The notes beneath the pieces are model-generated. The model searched no databases and was not told where the DNA came from. It saw only the letters and a list, made by a program, of their open reading frames with translations. A program made the translations under genes and the position numbers. Positions 16,134 to 30,064 of a stretch of DNA of 64,000 bases are shown piece by piece. Each line of letters opens with the position of its first letter. The first letter of the stretch is position 1. The stretch is from Chara braunii (Eukaryota; Plantae; Charophyceae): assembly GCA_003427395.1 (NCBI GenBank), contig BFEA01000028.1:1328955-1392954 (forward strand). The letters run 5' to 3'.

Positions 16134-18642
16134 GCTCCAATCTATTCGTGGGGAGCAGCACGTGTCGGGAACCGGGCCCAGCGTCCCATATTGAAATTTA
16201 CATAGAAATTTGAACGTTTGAGATACCGGGGCCATTGCCCGGCGTTGGCTAAGAAAAACTTGGGCTAATTAGAAAATCACTACGACAAACCTCAGAGCAG
16301 CGCTACCGAGAGCGCTGCGCCCCGCCCGACACTACGTACTCATGGAGACAGCACGCGGCGGCGATGGTGGCCTTTCTTTTGAAGCCCTGGCGCTTAGCGC
16401 ACGCGCAGGAGACCGCAAGCGCTTGACCACACCATGTCACAAGCTGATGTGGCAGATGGTCTGACTCCCGGTGGCGTTCAGTTCCCGGGAGTTCCACGTT
16501 TCACTCCATTGCCGCTGCGTTGCTGCACGTGGCATTTGACATGGGAGGTGTTGGCTATGTCGATGTCTTTGGAGTACAGTAGAGTTAGCCCTAGGTGCCC
16601 TGAAGTGTGAGTGATTTCAGTAACGGCCTACCATTGCGGTACTGCTCGCCATCATCCTTGCCATCACCATCACTACCAGGTTGCGATTCAACATCACCCC
16701 ACTGCTTCCTATCAGGGGTACTGTTCGACATTAGGGTGTTGTCTGTCTTCAGGGGCACAGCTTGGACGTGCCATCAAGTACAATCAAGGTACAATTATCG
16801 CCATCAAAACGAGGTTATCAGGGGCGCAGTTCGTTATCAAGCTGATGCTCTTCATCATCATCATCAAGGTTTGTTAGCATTATCATGACGTTAGTCGTCA
16901 TCATTAGGATATTATTTGTTATCATCACTTGAGGAAAGGGTGTGATTAGTTGTTTTTCACCACCATTAGGTTACTATCAAAGCACAGGTCGTTATTTTCA
17001 GGAGGTTGTAGTTGTGCTTGTCATCCAAGTATTGCTAATTGCTCGTCATTCTAATCATCATTACATCTCTACATGGACTTTGTCATTACCAGCGTCATCA
17101 TCGCAGTGTTGGTCGTCATTACCACCATTTGTAGCATCACCATCATCATCAGTATCATTCTCATCACCATCATCCTCATAAAAGATTTCCTCCTCGCCAA
17201 TAACATCCTTAAAATCTCCAATCTTAGGGTACTGTTCTCGGTCACCCATCCAATCACAAATCATCAATACCATCATCGCCATTACCACCATCTGTGGCAG
17301 TATCATCGATATCGTTATCATCATCATTACTATCATCCTTATAAAAATCATCATTAATCCAATCTTTCACTAGGGGGTCATTAACGATATCATCTGCAGG
17401 TGAGTTCGCTCGCCAATACTCTCCTGATAACCCTTTGTCTTAGGGTACTGTTCTCGCAGTAATTAGTATTTTTCTTTCCGACACTTTCATCATGATTTTC
17501 CATTTTTCATGTTCACTCTCTTGCGTGTTTCCATCCTGGGATCTCCATCACAAAATCTTACTCAACTATACACTGTCCTCATGAGATTTTTTTCTAGGTT
17601 AATTGGCTGATTCATCTGATGGGTGTGCTTCAGTCGGGATATGGCTTTTGTGGTCACGGTTCAGATTTTTGGGGGAAGGGTGGGGGTTGGTATTGGGGAG
17701 CCTTACTTTACAGGGGTGATGCAAGGTGGGAGATGGCTGCCCTGTCGGGGGTGGGGCAGATTTGTGGTTTGTCCTTGTTTGGGGTCGGGGTGGGAGAGTT
17801 GGTCGCCTTCAACCCGACGGGGGCAGATAGGGACAAGGGGAGGGCGAAAGTATCCTCTAGGATGCCTTTGCGGATGGGGGGGAAGGAGGGGGTCTGTTCC
17901 AGGTTGGGGCCGAGGTGGTTTTCCTCGGCGGTGGCAGCATGGAATAGGGGTTGCGGGCAGGGGGAAGTTTCTCTGCACGGTGACTTTTGGAAGCTTCTTG
18001 GACAAATTACTGTATATTAAGCCTTTCGGGGTTCTGAAAGCTAGAGCAGCATCTGGTCTTCTTCTTTATTAGGATATTCGATTTCAGAGATGGTTGTACC
18101 TGGACTGACATCGGCAGCGTTGCTCTGTTCTGTGCCCTCAATTTGTCGATGCCAGAACGACACTGGCCGGAGTTGGGGTGTTACCCTGTAACCTGCAACG
18201 GCTGGAGTGTGAGGCCTTGTAGAGAGATCTGGGGTTTCCCGAGGGAGGAAGGTAAGTCAGTGGCGAATTGTGGGGGACCGCCTTGACACCCTATGGGGTC
18301 GGGGATAGTCTTGGTGGTAAAAAGAGGTCAGTGATGGATGATGTTAGTCTGGTCAGTACTGTCTTTGAGTAGTTATGTCCCGGTACAGGGAGGGCTAGGA
18401 GTTGCTCTATGTTTAGGAAGCTGGAATGGCTGATATAGCATAGTATTCCATTTTTTTGTTCTTCATCAAAAAACGATTCTTAGCCGAAACCCATAGTATT
18501 CAATTTTTTTGTTTTTCATCAAAAAACGATTCATAGCCGAAGTCGGGTAATGGCCCCGGCACCTCATATGTTGTGTAATAATTCATGTGGGACGCTGGAC
18601 CCGGTTTCCAGCACGTGCTGCTCCCCACGAATAGATTGGAGC
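16134..18642. mobile_element. non-autonomous TIR element, PIF/Harbinger-like
   Basis: Perfect 31-bp TIR GCTCCAATCTATTCGTGGGGAGCAGCACGTG, extended imperfectly to ~100 bp. AAA on both flanks (16131-16133, 18643-18645) as a candidate 3-bp TSD. Confidence 0.75.
16600..17450. repeat. degenerate (CAT/ATC)n low-complexity region
   Basis: Visible triplet richness; AGGG(G)TACTGTTC recurs three times. Confidence 0.7.
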
Positions 18643-18844
18643 AAATTGCCCCCCCCAAAAAAAACTACGACAAACCTTAAAATAGGCAAAGTTCAGAAAC
18701 GACTCAGAAACCCCCCATCAATCCTCTTCATCTCACTCCGGCAAGACTTACTGCAGCAGAGCCACCATCTCCGCTGCTGCTGTACCCGATTAACTAAGCA
18801 GGGACGGCCTTTGATGATAGGTCAAAATTAGAAAATATGAAGAC

Positions 18845-19815
18845 ATGCAGCCCCTGAAATAGTCAACTAAAAGATCCTGCCTCCATCATCGAAAGGAAAA
18901 ACCTCAAGTAGTTTCAGGTGGAGTTACTAGCCAGTGGCCGGTACCCGCCAAGATACTTGGCGCCAATTGCATCTACCCTGACTCCCTTATCCCAGTCCCA
19001 TCCGTCCTTCCTAACTCCGTCCTCGTAAGGAGTTTCAAAGGACTGCTTCTCAGCAAGGGGTGAGCACCATCATCACCCCGAAGTTCCTTGCCCCCACAAG
19101 AACCCCAGCCTCCGTCCTCAAAGGGGTAAACAAGCGCTACCCAACGCCAATCGCGCCAGAGCTCGCCCTCATCAGCCGGTACCCATTGGACAGTCTAAAC
19201 TACCCAACGCCAATCGCATCTGATAAGAGTTCCCACTAGCCGGTACCCGTCAAGCAACCCTATTCCATCCCCCTCTTCATCCTTGCAAAGAATCATTTCA
19301 TGCCCCCTCCCCTACTTCAAAACAATTCCCCCTAAACCCTACAAGATACTTCACTTGACTCTTTCTGACAAGAATAGGACAAATTCAAGGAAACAGGCAG
19401 CCCCTGAAACAGACAGCCCGAACATTCATGCCTCCATCATCGAAAAAAAGAACCTCATCCGTTCTCCCAAACTCCGTTCTCATAAAGAGAGCAGAGAACC
19501 TCATCTCCGCACAGGGCGGGCACCATCATCACCTCGAAATTCCTTGCCCCCACAAGAATTCAAGTCTCCGTCCTTGAGGGTATAAAACAACACTACCTAA
19601 CGCCAATCGCGCCAAGGCTCATCATTATCAGCCGGTACCCATTGGAAAGCCTAAACTACCCAACGCCAATCGCATCTGATAAGAGCTCCCCCTGACGGAT
19701 ACCCGTTAGAAAGCCCTATTCCATCCCCTCTCCATCCTTGCGAACAATCATTTGATGCTCGTTGCCCCCTCCTTCAAAACAAAATCCCCCAAGACTCTAC
19801 AAGATGCTCCACTTA
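18845..19815. repeat. ~0.5-kb tandem duplication
   Basis: GCAGCCCCTGAAA..., CACCATCATCACC..AA.TTCCTTGCCCCCACAAGAA and paired AACGCCAATCGC motifs occur in both units. Confidence 0.85.
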
Positions 19816-21503
19816 ACCATCCCATGGGGCCCCTGTTAAAATTTCCGACAAAACTCTAACGAAAAGAAGTAGGTCAAATTCTGATCAAAATTTAAAAAAT
19901 AAAAAAATCTCGCCACAAAGCCCCTAGAAAATCAACAACGAATTGAATCCAACTTAGGAAATTCCTTGGTATAGAAGATTAAAAAATGAATCAACAATGA
20001 TAGTAGTAAAAGAACTTCAAATTATGGAAGAAACAATCATTAGAAAAAACCATTGGAAAAACGGATGCATGAAGATCCCGGCGAATTTCGGATTGGAATT
20101 TCAGAAGCTATGTTTAGTAAAAAACATTCAGAATTGTGAATCTATCAGAATCGCAGTCTGATTCGTGACTTTCAAATTGGCAAATTCATTAGACTCCTAA
20201 GATTAGAATATTGCAAATATTTATTTCAGAATTATTTCAGGACGTAGAGATAGAAAAATACCTATGTAGAGGAATCACAACTTGAAATCTCCATCAGAAC
20301 CTTCACAATTGACAGTAAGACGTGAGAAAACTCTCTACAATCAAGAATCCTAAATCGAGATTTGAGATTAGGAGATCAAGGGATTTTTGACAGTTATTAG
20401 CAATCATTAGAGCATGGGCTAACCAATTGCCACATGAGCAGATCAACGAGTAACTTCTATCTCCCCTTCCTCGACAACACCTACTTACCTCCTTCCCCTC
20501 AAAACCTACCCCAGCGTCTTCGAGGCAGGAAGAACCCTTTCTCCCACTGCTAGCTACTAAGGCTTTGGGCCCTGCTAACACCGAAAACCATCGACGGTCA
20601 TCTTCGATCCCTGAAAAGAATCAAAAAACGGTGTGGCACCTCCTCACCAAACATGTTGGCGAGTCGCCACAGGGGGTTCGAAACCTCAAAACAAAACATG
20701 CTAATTCGTACTTACCCTGCTGTCGAAGAAGGGGGGGGACTCTTCCTAACACCGTTGATTGTTCCTCGTATCGTGATCATCGCTGCTGCTGGATTGGTCA
20801 TACCCTGCTAATGAAAATACACGTGGCCCCACAAAAGTCAGCCAACAATAGCAGGCTCCGCAGTCCATTCACCACGCTTCTCCCCGCTGCACTACCTCGA
20901 AATATCCTGCGTCCCAACCCTGATTACGAGACAGAAGTCCTGTCAACCCAAGGTTTACTCCTCGCGTTGTCCGCATCATCAGCTCCCGCCTTGCACCGCA
21001 ATGTTCGTCGCTCCCACAAGCCGAAATCCGAGTACGGTCGGCGGAGCGCTTCGGATCGCGTTGCGCCGCCCCCGCTCAGGGCCCCTCGTAAGCCTATGTC
21101 CAACTGCTCCATCTATTAGTTTGGGGTTGCACCTACCTGAAACCGAGTCCAGCGTCCGATGAACATCACCGAGAAATGTATGTAAGTAAAAAGGCGGGGG
21201 GACTGGTTTGCCTCCTTAGTCCCCTTGAGAACTGTTAGAAATATCATCCAACACTAGCATCCTTCCACCCCCGAACATCTTTTGTTTGAATCTTAATCAA
21301 TCCCCTCCCAGGCCAAACCACTGCAAGTCTACCAAGGCTAGCTAAAAAGGGGGAAATGGGTCTAAGAAGAAGACGGGGGCTCTAAGAGTAGCCCCAGGCT
21401 GAAGCAAAAACCAGTTCTAGAAGACAGTTGGAAGTCCTCCTTGAAAGGCTCTTCTGCCTCTTCCGCCCCTGGCCATTGGCCGGTATGGTTCCTCTTTTGA
21501 ACA

Positions 21504-21580
21504 CCGTGTCCTGGCTGTAGTGGTTACGATACTTGGCTCTTGAAGCCAAGGTCGCCGGTTCAAGTCTGTGCTTGCACGGA
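21504..21580 (+). pseudogene. tRNA-derived sequence (tRNA-Glu-like; SINE head or pseudogene)
   Basis: CCGTG/CACGG acceptor-like pairing, A-box-like TGGCTGTAGTGG, stem TTGGC/GCCAA with a 7-nt loop lacking U33, and B-box GGTTCAAGTC. GGTTA.GATACT.GGCTCT resembles eukaryotic tRNA-Glu. Confidence 0.6.
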
Positions 21581-24500
21581 GGAGGGCTAAGGCCCCAGGG
21601 GTACTGATCCAATGACATTGGAAAGCTCCCGTGAACTGGTGGCCAGTTAGAGTCTCGCATACCGTGAGGGTTATGTGGTACTTGGAGCGAAGTGTCATGT
21701 GTATGTGGTGTTGTGTGTGGTGTGCGTTGAGTGTGGACACTACAGCCTTGCAGGGGTGGGGCGGATATCATGGCCAGTATGGTTTCACTTTCTGTGTCTT
21801 GACTGTAGTGGTACGATATTACATCATAATTACTTTTCCCAAATATGTGCTCCTGAAATTTGACCTGATTTTTACTTCGCAAGTTCTGATATTCGAACCC
21901 GGAATTTGAATTGACAAATGGTAAATTTCTAGATGATTGCCTTTATATCAATTTTAATTTTGAATTTGAGTCTAAATCGATCACTTTAGTTTCCTTTCCA
22001 GCTTAAGGTGAGAATTACCCAATTCGTAAGGTAGAATCAGTTTCGATCTTAAATTTGGTTCTTAGTAATCGAAGCCTCAGTTTGTGACATTGTGGGTTTG
22101 GGGTTATAGGTATCCAATGGAATAGTTCCTTAAATTAGGGTTGGAGCCCCTCCCTGCGAGGGTTACACAAGGTGGGTGGTGTGATCTTTGAGAGGGTGGG
22201 GGCGGTATTGGGGGTTTGTCGTCTTCTGGGCCACGTTGATTCTTGGGTCAGATCAGCTATGGTGGCTGGGGAAAGAGGACAAGGGGTGCTGATGTCAGCA
22301 AGGTGAGAGTCGAGAGGGTTATTCTGCGTGGAGGGGGTGCGGGGCAGGCGGGAAGGGGGATCTTCGGCTCTACGGGGCATACTTTAGGGGGTACTGTATG
22401 CGTCTGAGGGAGCAGGAGTGTACTTTCGGGCGTTGTTCTGAACTGGGGTGGGGAGGTGAGGGGGCACCTTCCCGCGGAGAGGAATAATCCCTTTGAGGAG
22501 AGGAATAATCTCGGGGTTGTCCTTTTGAGGAGAGGAATAATCCCTTTGGTTCTTATGACCCCTCTATATCTAACTGAGACTTCAATAGGTGTTGGAGTTT
22601 CCACAGGAAGAGAGGGTGGTTTTTTTCCCCTCCTTCCCTCTTCCTGTGGAAATAGTGGGCGTTGAATGTTCATCTGAGTTGTCTGAATTTTTTTTTCTAA
22701 TTGGAAATTCTTCAATGGTTTGGTGCTGGGAGCAGGGGCTAGCGGTGGTCGCGATGGTGGGAGACGACGCGCCTTGCGGCAAAAGGCCTAGCCTGTAGGG
22801 TTAAAATGGGGTACAACAGCGGTGGAGATGGTGGCTTCATCGCGGTAAGACTTGCCGGAGTAGGGCTGAGAGGGATTTTTGTGGAATATCTGCAACAAGT
22901 GCCTGATCCGAGGTTTGAGACTGTTTTTGTGTTGATTGCACAATTGTCATCCTTAGCCTAAGCTGGGTCATGGCCGCGGTATTTCGAAATTTTTTCCATA
23001 AATTTCTTTAAAAAGAAGAAAATTCTTCTAAGTCTTGGTGCTAGTCGCAGTTGGTTATGGTGGTTGTGATGGTGGGAGAGGACACGCTCTGCGGCGAAGG
23101 GGCTAGCCTGCAGGGTTGAAATAGGGTATAGCAGCGGTGGAGATGGTGGCTCCATTGCAGTAAGACTTGCCGGAGTAGGGCTAAGAAGGTTTTTTTTGTG
23201 GGATATCTGCAACTAGTGCCTAGAGGATGGATGATCGGAGCTACAACTATGGTGCTGATTGGCGGCTTGACTGGTATCTGTCGTAGTCCTGAGTCCCAGG
23301 GGTTTGCGAATAGACGAGGCCAGAACGACGTTGGTCGGTGCTGGGGCTTGGTCGCGCTGCCCTGTAACTCGAGCTGCACAAGGGCATGAGACCTGGTAGA
23401 GAGATTTGGGGAGTTTGCTGGTGAGCTGGTGCCTAGTCGACGCTGACCGGAGTCGGGGCAGGTCGTGTTGCCTTGTGGCCTAGCAGGTGGGAGTTTATTG
23501 GGGTGGGTCGTGCTACTTTGTAACCTAGCAGTTGGGGGCGTGAGGCTTGGTAGAGGTTGGGCATCGGGATATAGGGGTGAGGGAGGTAGGGTTAGGGTCG
23601 CTGAAAGGCACCAAGGTAGGTGGGCTATTCGGTCTGAATTTCTCCTGTGAGCCAAGGCTCGAAAAACAAAAAAGCCCCTAGATGTCTGCTTTTTCCATAA
23701 GCCCCTTCGAGGCTGTTTCATTAAAAAAAAAAAAATCCAGGGTTTGGTTGGTTGTTCATGGTTGCCAAGGGGGGTCTTAAGAATGATTTAGGATTATGGG
23801 GGCTCCTAGCAACTCATCTTAGATGGCTCCATTGCTGATATACTCAGTGATTTGCGGTTGTTCGATGCTAGAACGATGTTAGCTGATGCTCGAGCGTTAC
23901 CCTGTAACCTGCTGATGCAGGAGTGTGAGGCCTGGTAGAGAGATCTGGGGATGCTTTGTGGGCATTCCAAGGAACAACCAAGGGTTGCTGCTGGGACGAC
24001 GCTGGTTGGAGTTGGGGTAAGTCGTGTTGCCCTATAACCCAGCAGGGTGGTGGTGTGAGGCCTGGAAGAGCTCGGCATGGAGTTAGTCAGTGCTGGAAAC
24101 CTTTAGAAGGGTTGCTAGGGATCTACAGGTTTTTTTGCATTTGTAGGACCTCTATGGTGGCGTGTTTTGTTGTGGCCAGACCTTCTTTGTGAAGTTTGTC
24201 GCCGTAATTTTCTAAGTCGCTCAAAATTTTCTTAACCAAATCCGGGTAATGCCCCTAGTATCTCAAACTTTCAAAATTCTATGTAAATTCTTATATGGGA
24301 CGCTGGGCCCGGTTCCCAGCACGTGCTGCTCCCCACAAATAGATTGGACCCTTGTCCTATAAAAAAAAAAAAAAACGAGCTCTGATTTTGGTTCGGACAA
24401 ATTGGACTACGTAATCAGCCAATTTAGGTCTTTCCTAGCAAACCCCTTCTCTCTCGTGCACACAGGGTTTGTACCACAAAGACCATAGGATGACCTTGCA

Positions 24501-25199
24501 TCCAATTCCAAACAGGTTGGGTTAAAGAATGTGAGGGTGAAATCAAGGGGGAACCGGTGTCGAAATAGAATGACCTCCCAAACCCATGGCCAATCTATTC
24601 TTAGAGACCCCTTCAAACACAATCCCTCCATCTTCAGATGAGAACAGAACTTGAGCATTGCAGAAATATATGTTCTATAGTTTCACAATTTTTTCTACTA
24701 GGAAACGCCGACAAATATGATTTGCACCATGGAGATGTCACCCCTTGCTGTTCCAGCGTGGTATGATCTATGATCCAATCATTCATGGGCAGACAACGAT
24801 GAATGATCTGTCATTGTAGGGATTGAAATTTGGTCGGGCATTGCCTAGTATTATTGAAAAACTTGATGTGTCGGATTAAATGTATATCAATGTTTAGATG
24901 TCGCTCCCACCTTTCCTGAATGATCAGTCTTTGCTTTCTCTAGGTCTCTTTACAAGGTGGTTTGCTCATGAACAATGCATGTTTTGATAAATTCTCTAAG
25001 AATTCTTTATAGGTTTGTCTAGGCTTCTTGGCTTTTTCGGTAAGATTTGATCCTGGGTGTTTAAGCAGTGTGAGTGCAAAGGAGCCATACAATTTACATC
25101 AGTTTGTGAGACAAACCCTGGTGGCTCTTGCACACCTAGGTCCACCTAGCAGGTATTACCACCCACGTCTTATTCAAGTAGAAGGCATTCGTCGAAGTC

Positions 25200-26330
25200 A
25201 GTGCTCAAGTTAATCAAGGTGTTATGCAACACACACACCACGCTGAACGATTGACGCCCGTACTCCATATATACCTTGTGCATTTGTTGTAATGTATAAT
25301 GTTACATGCATTCTTCCAATGCTCTATCCACCATACCACTCACTGTCTTTTGCTTGTTGTCGAACAGCTCCATATTTGGTGTCTGCTTGATGCCTTCGTA
25401 TGGGACAATGATCAACATATGAACATGTACTGATTATACCCAATAAGATAGCCCTCATTTGCACACCACCATGCAATGTCACAACCTCCCCATTTAACAT
25501 TTCTTAGGCATCAACGTGAGTTTGTAGAGTTGAGTTATGCAAAATGCATGCATTCAGGACACTCCCAGGGTAATTGGCGAACACGTTGAGTATAAACATG
25601 TCCAAGTCGACAGCAGTTTGTGTCACCATGTTAAAGTAGTTGCTTCCTAACATAGAAGTTAACGAGGGCTGCTTTTGATGGTTTGTCAATCTAGGTGTGG
25701 GTCCACTCGATAACACCCAAGCAGTTTGGAAACCCCTCGTCCCTAAACACTTTTTTCACTTGCAGTCTCCTTCAACCGGGTTAGAACGTGATCGTATCGT
25801 GATGCGCTTGCAATAGGGTGGCAGTGGCATCTCTCACATCATACAATCTTATTGCTCACTCTAATATGAAAGCAAAAGCATTGCGTTCATACACCTCGCT
25901 CGGCGCACAATGGTATAGAGGGAATACAACTAGTTGATCGGGTCGCAAAGCGCACGGTAATGTATTACGTATCATTTCAGGTACACTGAAGTAGCCACGA
26001 CAATTTCCTTGAGCACAGTCCTTGTCATGTGCAACTTGTTGTGGTAGTGGTTGTCTTTTGCATCGTCGTTCATGCATTCGTTCACTACCTTGGCAATTCC
26101 TTGGGCATGTCCCCAAATAATATGCCTAATATCAATAAGGGGAGCAAAGTCATTGTAAAGGGTGTCCACCACCTCGTAAGGCCTTGGACACTCCAATGTG
26201 TTCTTACATGTTCTTATATGTCTCGCCCGATGTTACTCGCTCATCAACATTGCCAAGTACATCCTCACACTAATGACAGTTGTTGAATTGTTTGATTTGC
26301 ATCTATATTTGATGTCTTCCATGATTGCAA
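25200..26330 (-). pseudogene. PIF/Harbinger transposase relic (DDE_Tnp_4 type)
   Basis: LRPDQLVVFPLY (HTH region), YFNMVTQTAVDLDMFILNVFANYPGSVLNACILHNS, GYLIG, FDNKQKTVSGMVDRAL and VVCVLHN occur in the expected order, with stops and frameshifts. Confidence 0.8.
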
Positions 26331-26914
26331 CCTCCAACCACCATTGCTTAACAGAAGCAAGTGTTCAACATCCACCCCTATCACACCACTATAGTTGACC
26401 GGGGATATTGAGATGCAGCACACCTCTGTCGTTCACAGTGCACACTCCTTGCTACCTTCCCACCATCTTACTGACGCCCATGTTTGACCATGGTGATGGT
26501 TGGCCAAACATTTCCTTTCATTCAATTACCTACACACGACATAGGTAGATTAGGGTTTCATCCTCGACGGATTCAAATTTAGATTTTATATCCTTGCGAT
26601 TAAGCCAAGGCATGAACTCATGCCCCCCGCCACCTATCAGGCCATCACCTGAAAGTGGGAAACCAGGCCCATGTTATTGGACCACACATGGGTGACGTGG
26701 ACATCCGAAGGTCTCTTAGGCTTGAGATAAAGGGACCAAATGGTTGTGGTATCCGTTAATTTTTAGGATGGATCCTATAGTACCGTAGTTCTCACATTGG
26801 ACATCCAAAAACTGAGAAAAGGGTTCGGTTAGGCTGCAACGAGACAATGATTTTTTTTTAAATCTTATGTTGTACGACTTTCCCTCCCCCCCCCCTCAAA
26901 CCACCAGTTCACAA

Positions 26915-29196
26915 GAGCCTAAATTGACAAAGCTACCTTCGAAGGGTCATGAACTTTCAACTGCGCCTTCGAAATGACCTTGTGACGAGCGAGTTTTCAA
27001 CACCATGTGGATTTTGTGCCCCTCCGCGTTTGTTTGTCTTTTCAGTTGTATGTTACTTTTTCGTTTTTGTATTTTGGAATTCCTATGTGTTCTACCGAGT
27101 TTGTCTTTGGTGAGGTATGTGTGGATTTTCCTGCAAGTGCATTTTTGGGGTCAGGTAATCTTTTTGACTTTCCGCTTCACTACAATTTTTGATACGTCAT
27201 TGAAATTAGCTAATGTTTTCATTTTTGCGTAGATGAGATAGGAGTCGATGTTGAATTTTGTCGCCTTAGCGAGTGCGCCTGAATTTCTTTGGGACTTTCG
27301 GTTTTGAAATTGTAGTAGCAATTAGGCGCTACTGCCACTAGCAATTCACCTAATTGTTTCTGTGTCTTTTCATTTTTCGCACATTCGTTTTTTCCGTACG
27401 CACATTTACATGCAAATTTTTTTAGTGTTATTTTTCCTCCTTCATGTCTTTCTCAACAATCGTCACTATTTTCTTCTCCTTCCTTAATCCTTCCCATTTC
27501 CCTCTAAATCTCTCTGGATCTTGGTCCTTGCCCACACCAGCTTTTTTAACTTCCTTTCCCGCCTTCGTTCTACCGTTGGGACGACCTTGACAAGTTGATG
27601 TGGTCGTAGAGACCGGATTGCTCCGTAGGGATTGATCTGATCCATCGCACTGTGGCTCGACCAATTATGAACCCCTCTCCCGGTGTTACCATTGACTCCT
27701 TGACTCTCTGCCTTATTTCCCCCTACATGCATCTTTACTCCCACATGTCCGCAATTATAATCACGCAAGACTCTCTTATGCTATCTTGCAGTTTGGGTTA
27801 AGCAGTGATCAACCGGTGGTACACTGGTACTTAGCAGGTCGAGCAGTCTCGACGGACCGATAACGACAATGCGGGATTGCGGCAGGGGGTTCGAGTGCGT
27901 GGCGACAACCTATTGGTGCTCAAGTGACGATGGAGCGGTGGTGGATGCTAGTGGTGGTGCCACATGTGCGAGGGTGTGGTAATTTACTTCCCTTAGTTGT
28001 TTCTATATGATCTTTTGAGTGGAGATTGTGCATGGCGAGGATGTTGTTTCTTCTCTTAAATTGTGTGTGGATCTTTGTCTCTCGACCTTCTAATCTTTCC
28101 TTGCATGGACTCTATGAATATATATGCAGGTGATTCTCTCTCTAGGAATGGGCTTATGGAGTTGTCGGTTGCTTCTTCCATGTATGGTTCTTTTTCTCTC
28201 CCTTGATATTGAATGAGAAGATAGTGTGGTTTTGTTGTTGTGTGAATGAACACGAAGGTGTACGCATCAAACCCTCGTCACACTCCTCCACTTTGGGCAC
28301 GTAACAAACTGTCGTTCTTCTGTAAGTAAATGAGTGTTCTGCCGCTGATGGGCACATTGTTTTGATCTTGGTGAGAACTCTCATTTAAATGAATGTATTT
28401 ATTCATTTACATTGGATGAATGACTTGTTTTGTGTGTATAGAAGAATTTTCTTTTTGATGATCGACAACTTTTTGTTTAGTTGGACGACTAGGATTTTGC
28501 GGTTGTATTGCTCAACTGAACTATAGAATGGTGTTTTTATACTCACTCTTCTTTCATATCAATGTGAGTGGTAGATTCATTCGGTATTGTGGCATTGATT
28601 CGTTCCTAAACACCGATTTTTCACATAATGAGAAAAAACAAAGTGTACGCGAGTGGGACGTACTTGAGGTTGTGGCACGACTCTAGCAACCCGACCATTG
28701 GCATTACTTTGCTTTTGTTAACTTGGGTTTTGTGATTGTGAATACTGCCTTTTCCTCACACGGATTCTCCACTTTGTGCTCAAACAACCAACAAAGCAAT
28801 AATATGAGAGTGAGAGAGTGCGACTATGTATCATTTGGAGAGTTGGAAATAGTGGAAAGGGTTGCGCGCCTACGCCCATCCGATCCCGAACTCTCCGAGA
28901 CACATCGTCGAGCTCCTGCCCTAAACTGAGATCCCGCTTATGTGACGACTACCTTCCGACTTTGAACAAGACGACGCAAGGCCCGACAAAGTCATTTTGA
29001 TTTTTGAACTCGAAGGACCGTTATACTTTATTGCGTTGTCGGACCAAATACCCTTACAAGGGTATTTGCTAGTTGGTCATGCTTTTGTAGTCGGCACAAC
29101 GATGACATCGACTACCAAGACGGGGCAGGTTCGAAGTTCAAGGCGCATACGTTTTCCGCATGACACTTTGAAACGATTTCCTCGACCATTAAGGTC
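26915..29196. mobile_element. degenerate non-autonomous TIR element ~2.3 kb
   Basis: GAGCCTAAATTGAC...TTCGAAGGGTCATG...TGCGCCTT (26915-26970) is an imperfect inverted repeat of 29135-29196. It carries the same accessory ORF as 13163-16006. No TSD. Confidence 0.45.
28520..28929 (+). pseudogene. unknown accessory ORF relic, copy 2
   Basis: FSHNEKKQSVREWDVLEVVA...FVNLGFVIVNTAF...ARLRPSDPEL. Confidence 0.55.
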
Positions 29197-29318
29197 GGGG
29201 CAAATTGGTGGAAAAAAAAAAAAAATTATGCGCGTGCGTTATTCAGACGCGCGCTCTGAGGGTTAGAATTGGGATCAATACCGTTCGACCAAAAAGGTCG
29301 AGGGGTCGATTGGGTCAG

Positions 29319-30064
29319 TGTTATGTGGGGTAGATCTACGACATACACTGAGACTTAATTGTCATTACGTTAGTCATAACAAATTAATATACGCCCTGGT
29401 CATACGGCTGGAGCAATTAAAAGTGTGTGATCATCAGGTTTGCGGTAGCCCCAGATTGCTAGCACTTGCTCGAGTAGTACCTTTGTCCTTACTCATATGC
29501 TGCAAGTGAGGTTGAGGTTCTCACTCGGCCTCCCATATGAAGTGACGCGTTTGTCTCTCGGGCGGTAACTTCCTATCCATGCGGCCACCTAAGCAACTCG
29601 TACCTCCGTCCCTTTCGAAGGGAAACATCATTGTGGACTCTGATATCGCTCGCACAGTCCTTACACTCAAGCTACTTGAACTGGTACCCGCGTATCTACC
29701 GGTATTGAGCCTCTAAAAATGCCAACTTTTGTCTTCTTCTGGTCGGCCTCAAGTATCCGGCACATCTATCTCTACTTGGTGTGGTACTGGCCTACTTGCT
29801 ACTTTGAGTGTTTTCCGTTGCTCTTAAGTGTCGTGGCCCTTTTTCACCGCCACTTGTGTTTTCCCCGCCACGACCCTCGATATCACGGCCACAGTTAAGT
29901 ACCGGCCCTTCAGGTCGTCCGATCAATCAAGTGCCCTCACGGGTCACACACACACTCAAGCCGACAAACACTTAGACGGGCACGCAGACCAGCAAGCGTG
30001 CACACACACACAGATTTAGAAGTGGGCTTGGGCCACTAGGCGGACCAAGCCCCACTACCTTACA
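29319..30064. mobile_element. putative solo or partial LTR
   Basis: TGT...ACA termini and a terminal hairpin GTGGGCTTGG...CCAAGCCCCAC. No matching TSD, PBS or PPT. Confidence 0.35.

Larger units (their letters stand above)
18643..24350. mobile_element. related TIR element extension ending in a second right TIR
   Basis: 24190-24350 is an inverted copy of 16134-16295. Internal repeats: 18720-18790 is inverted to 22810-22870 and 23125-23185; 18140-18235 recurs near 23315 and 23860. Confidence 0.65.

Noticed and set aside
17061-17357. Asp-, His- or Ile-rich ORFs
   Set aside because: Products of degenerate (CAT)n sequence on both strands.
21600-21630. Hammerhead-like CTGA...GAAA motifs (also 48266, 51506, 59041)
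   Set aside because: The CUGANGA core or stem II pairing is missing in each case.
20303-23721. Several 90-226-aa ORFs inside the TIR element
   Set aside because: Low-complexity, overlapping on both strands, built from internal repeats, with no recognisable motif.
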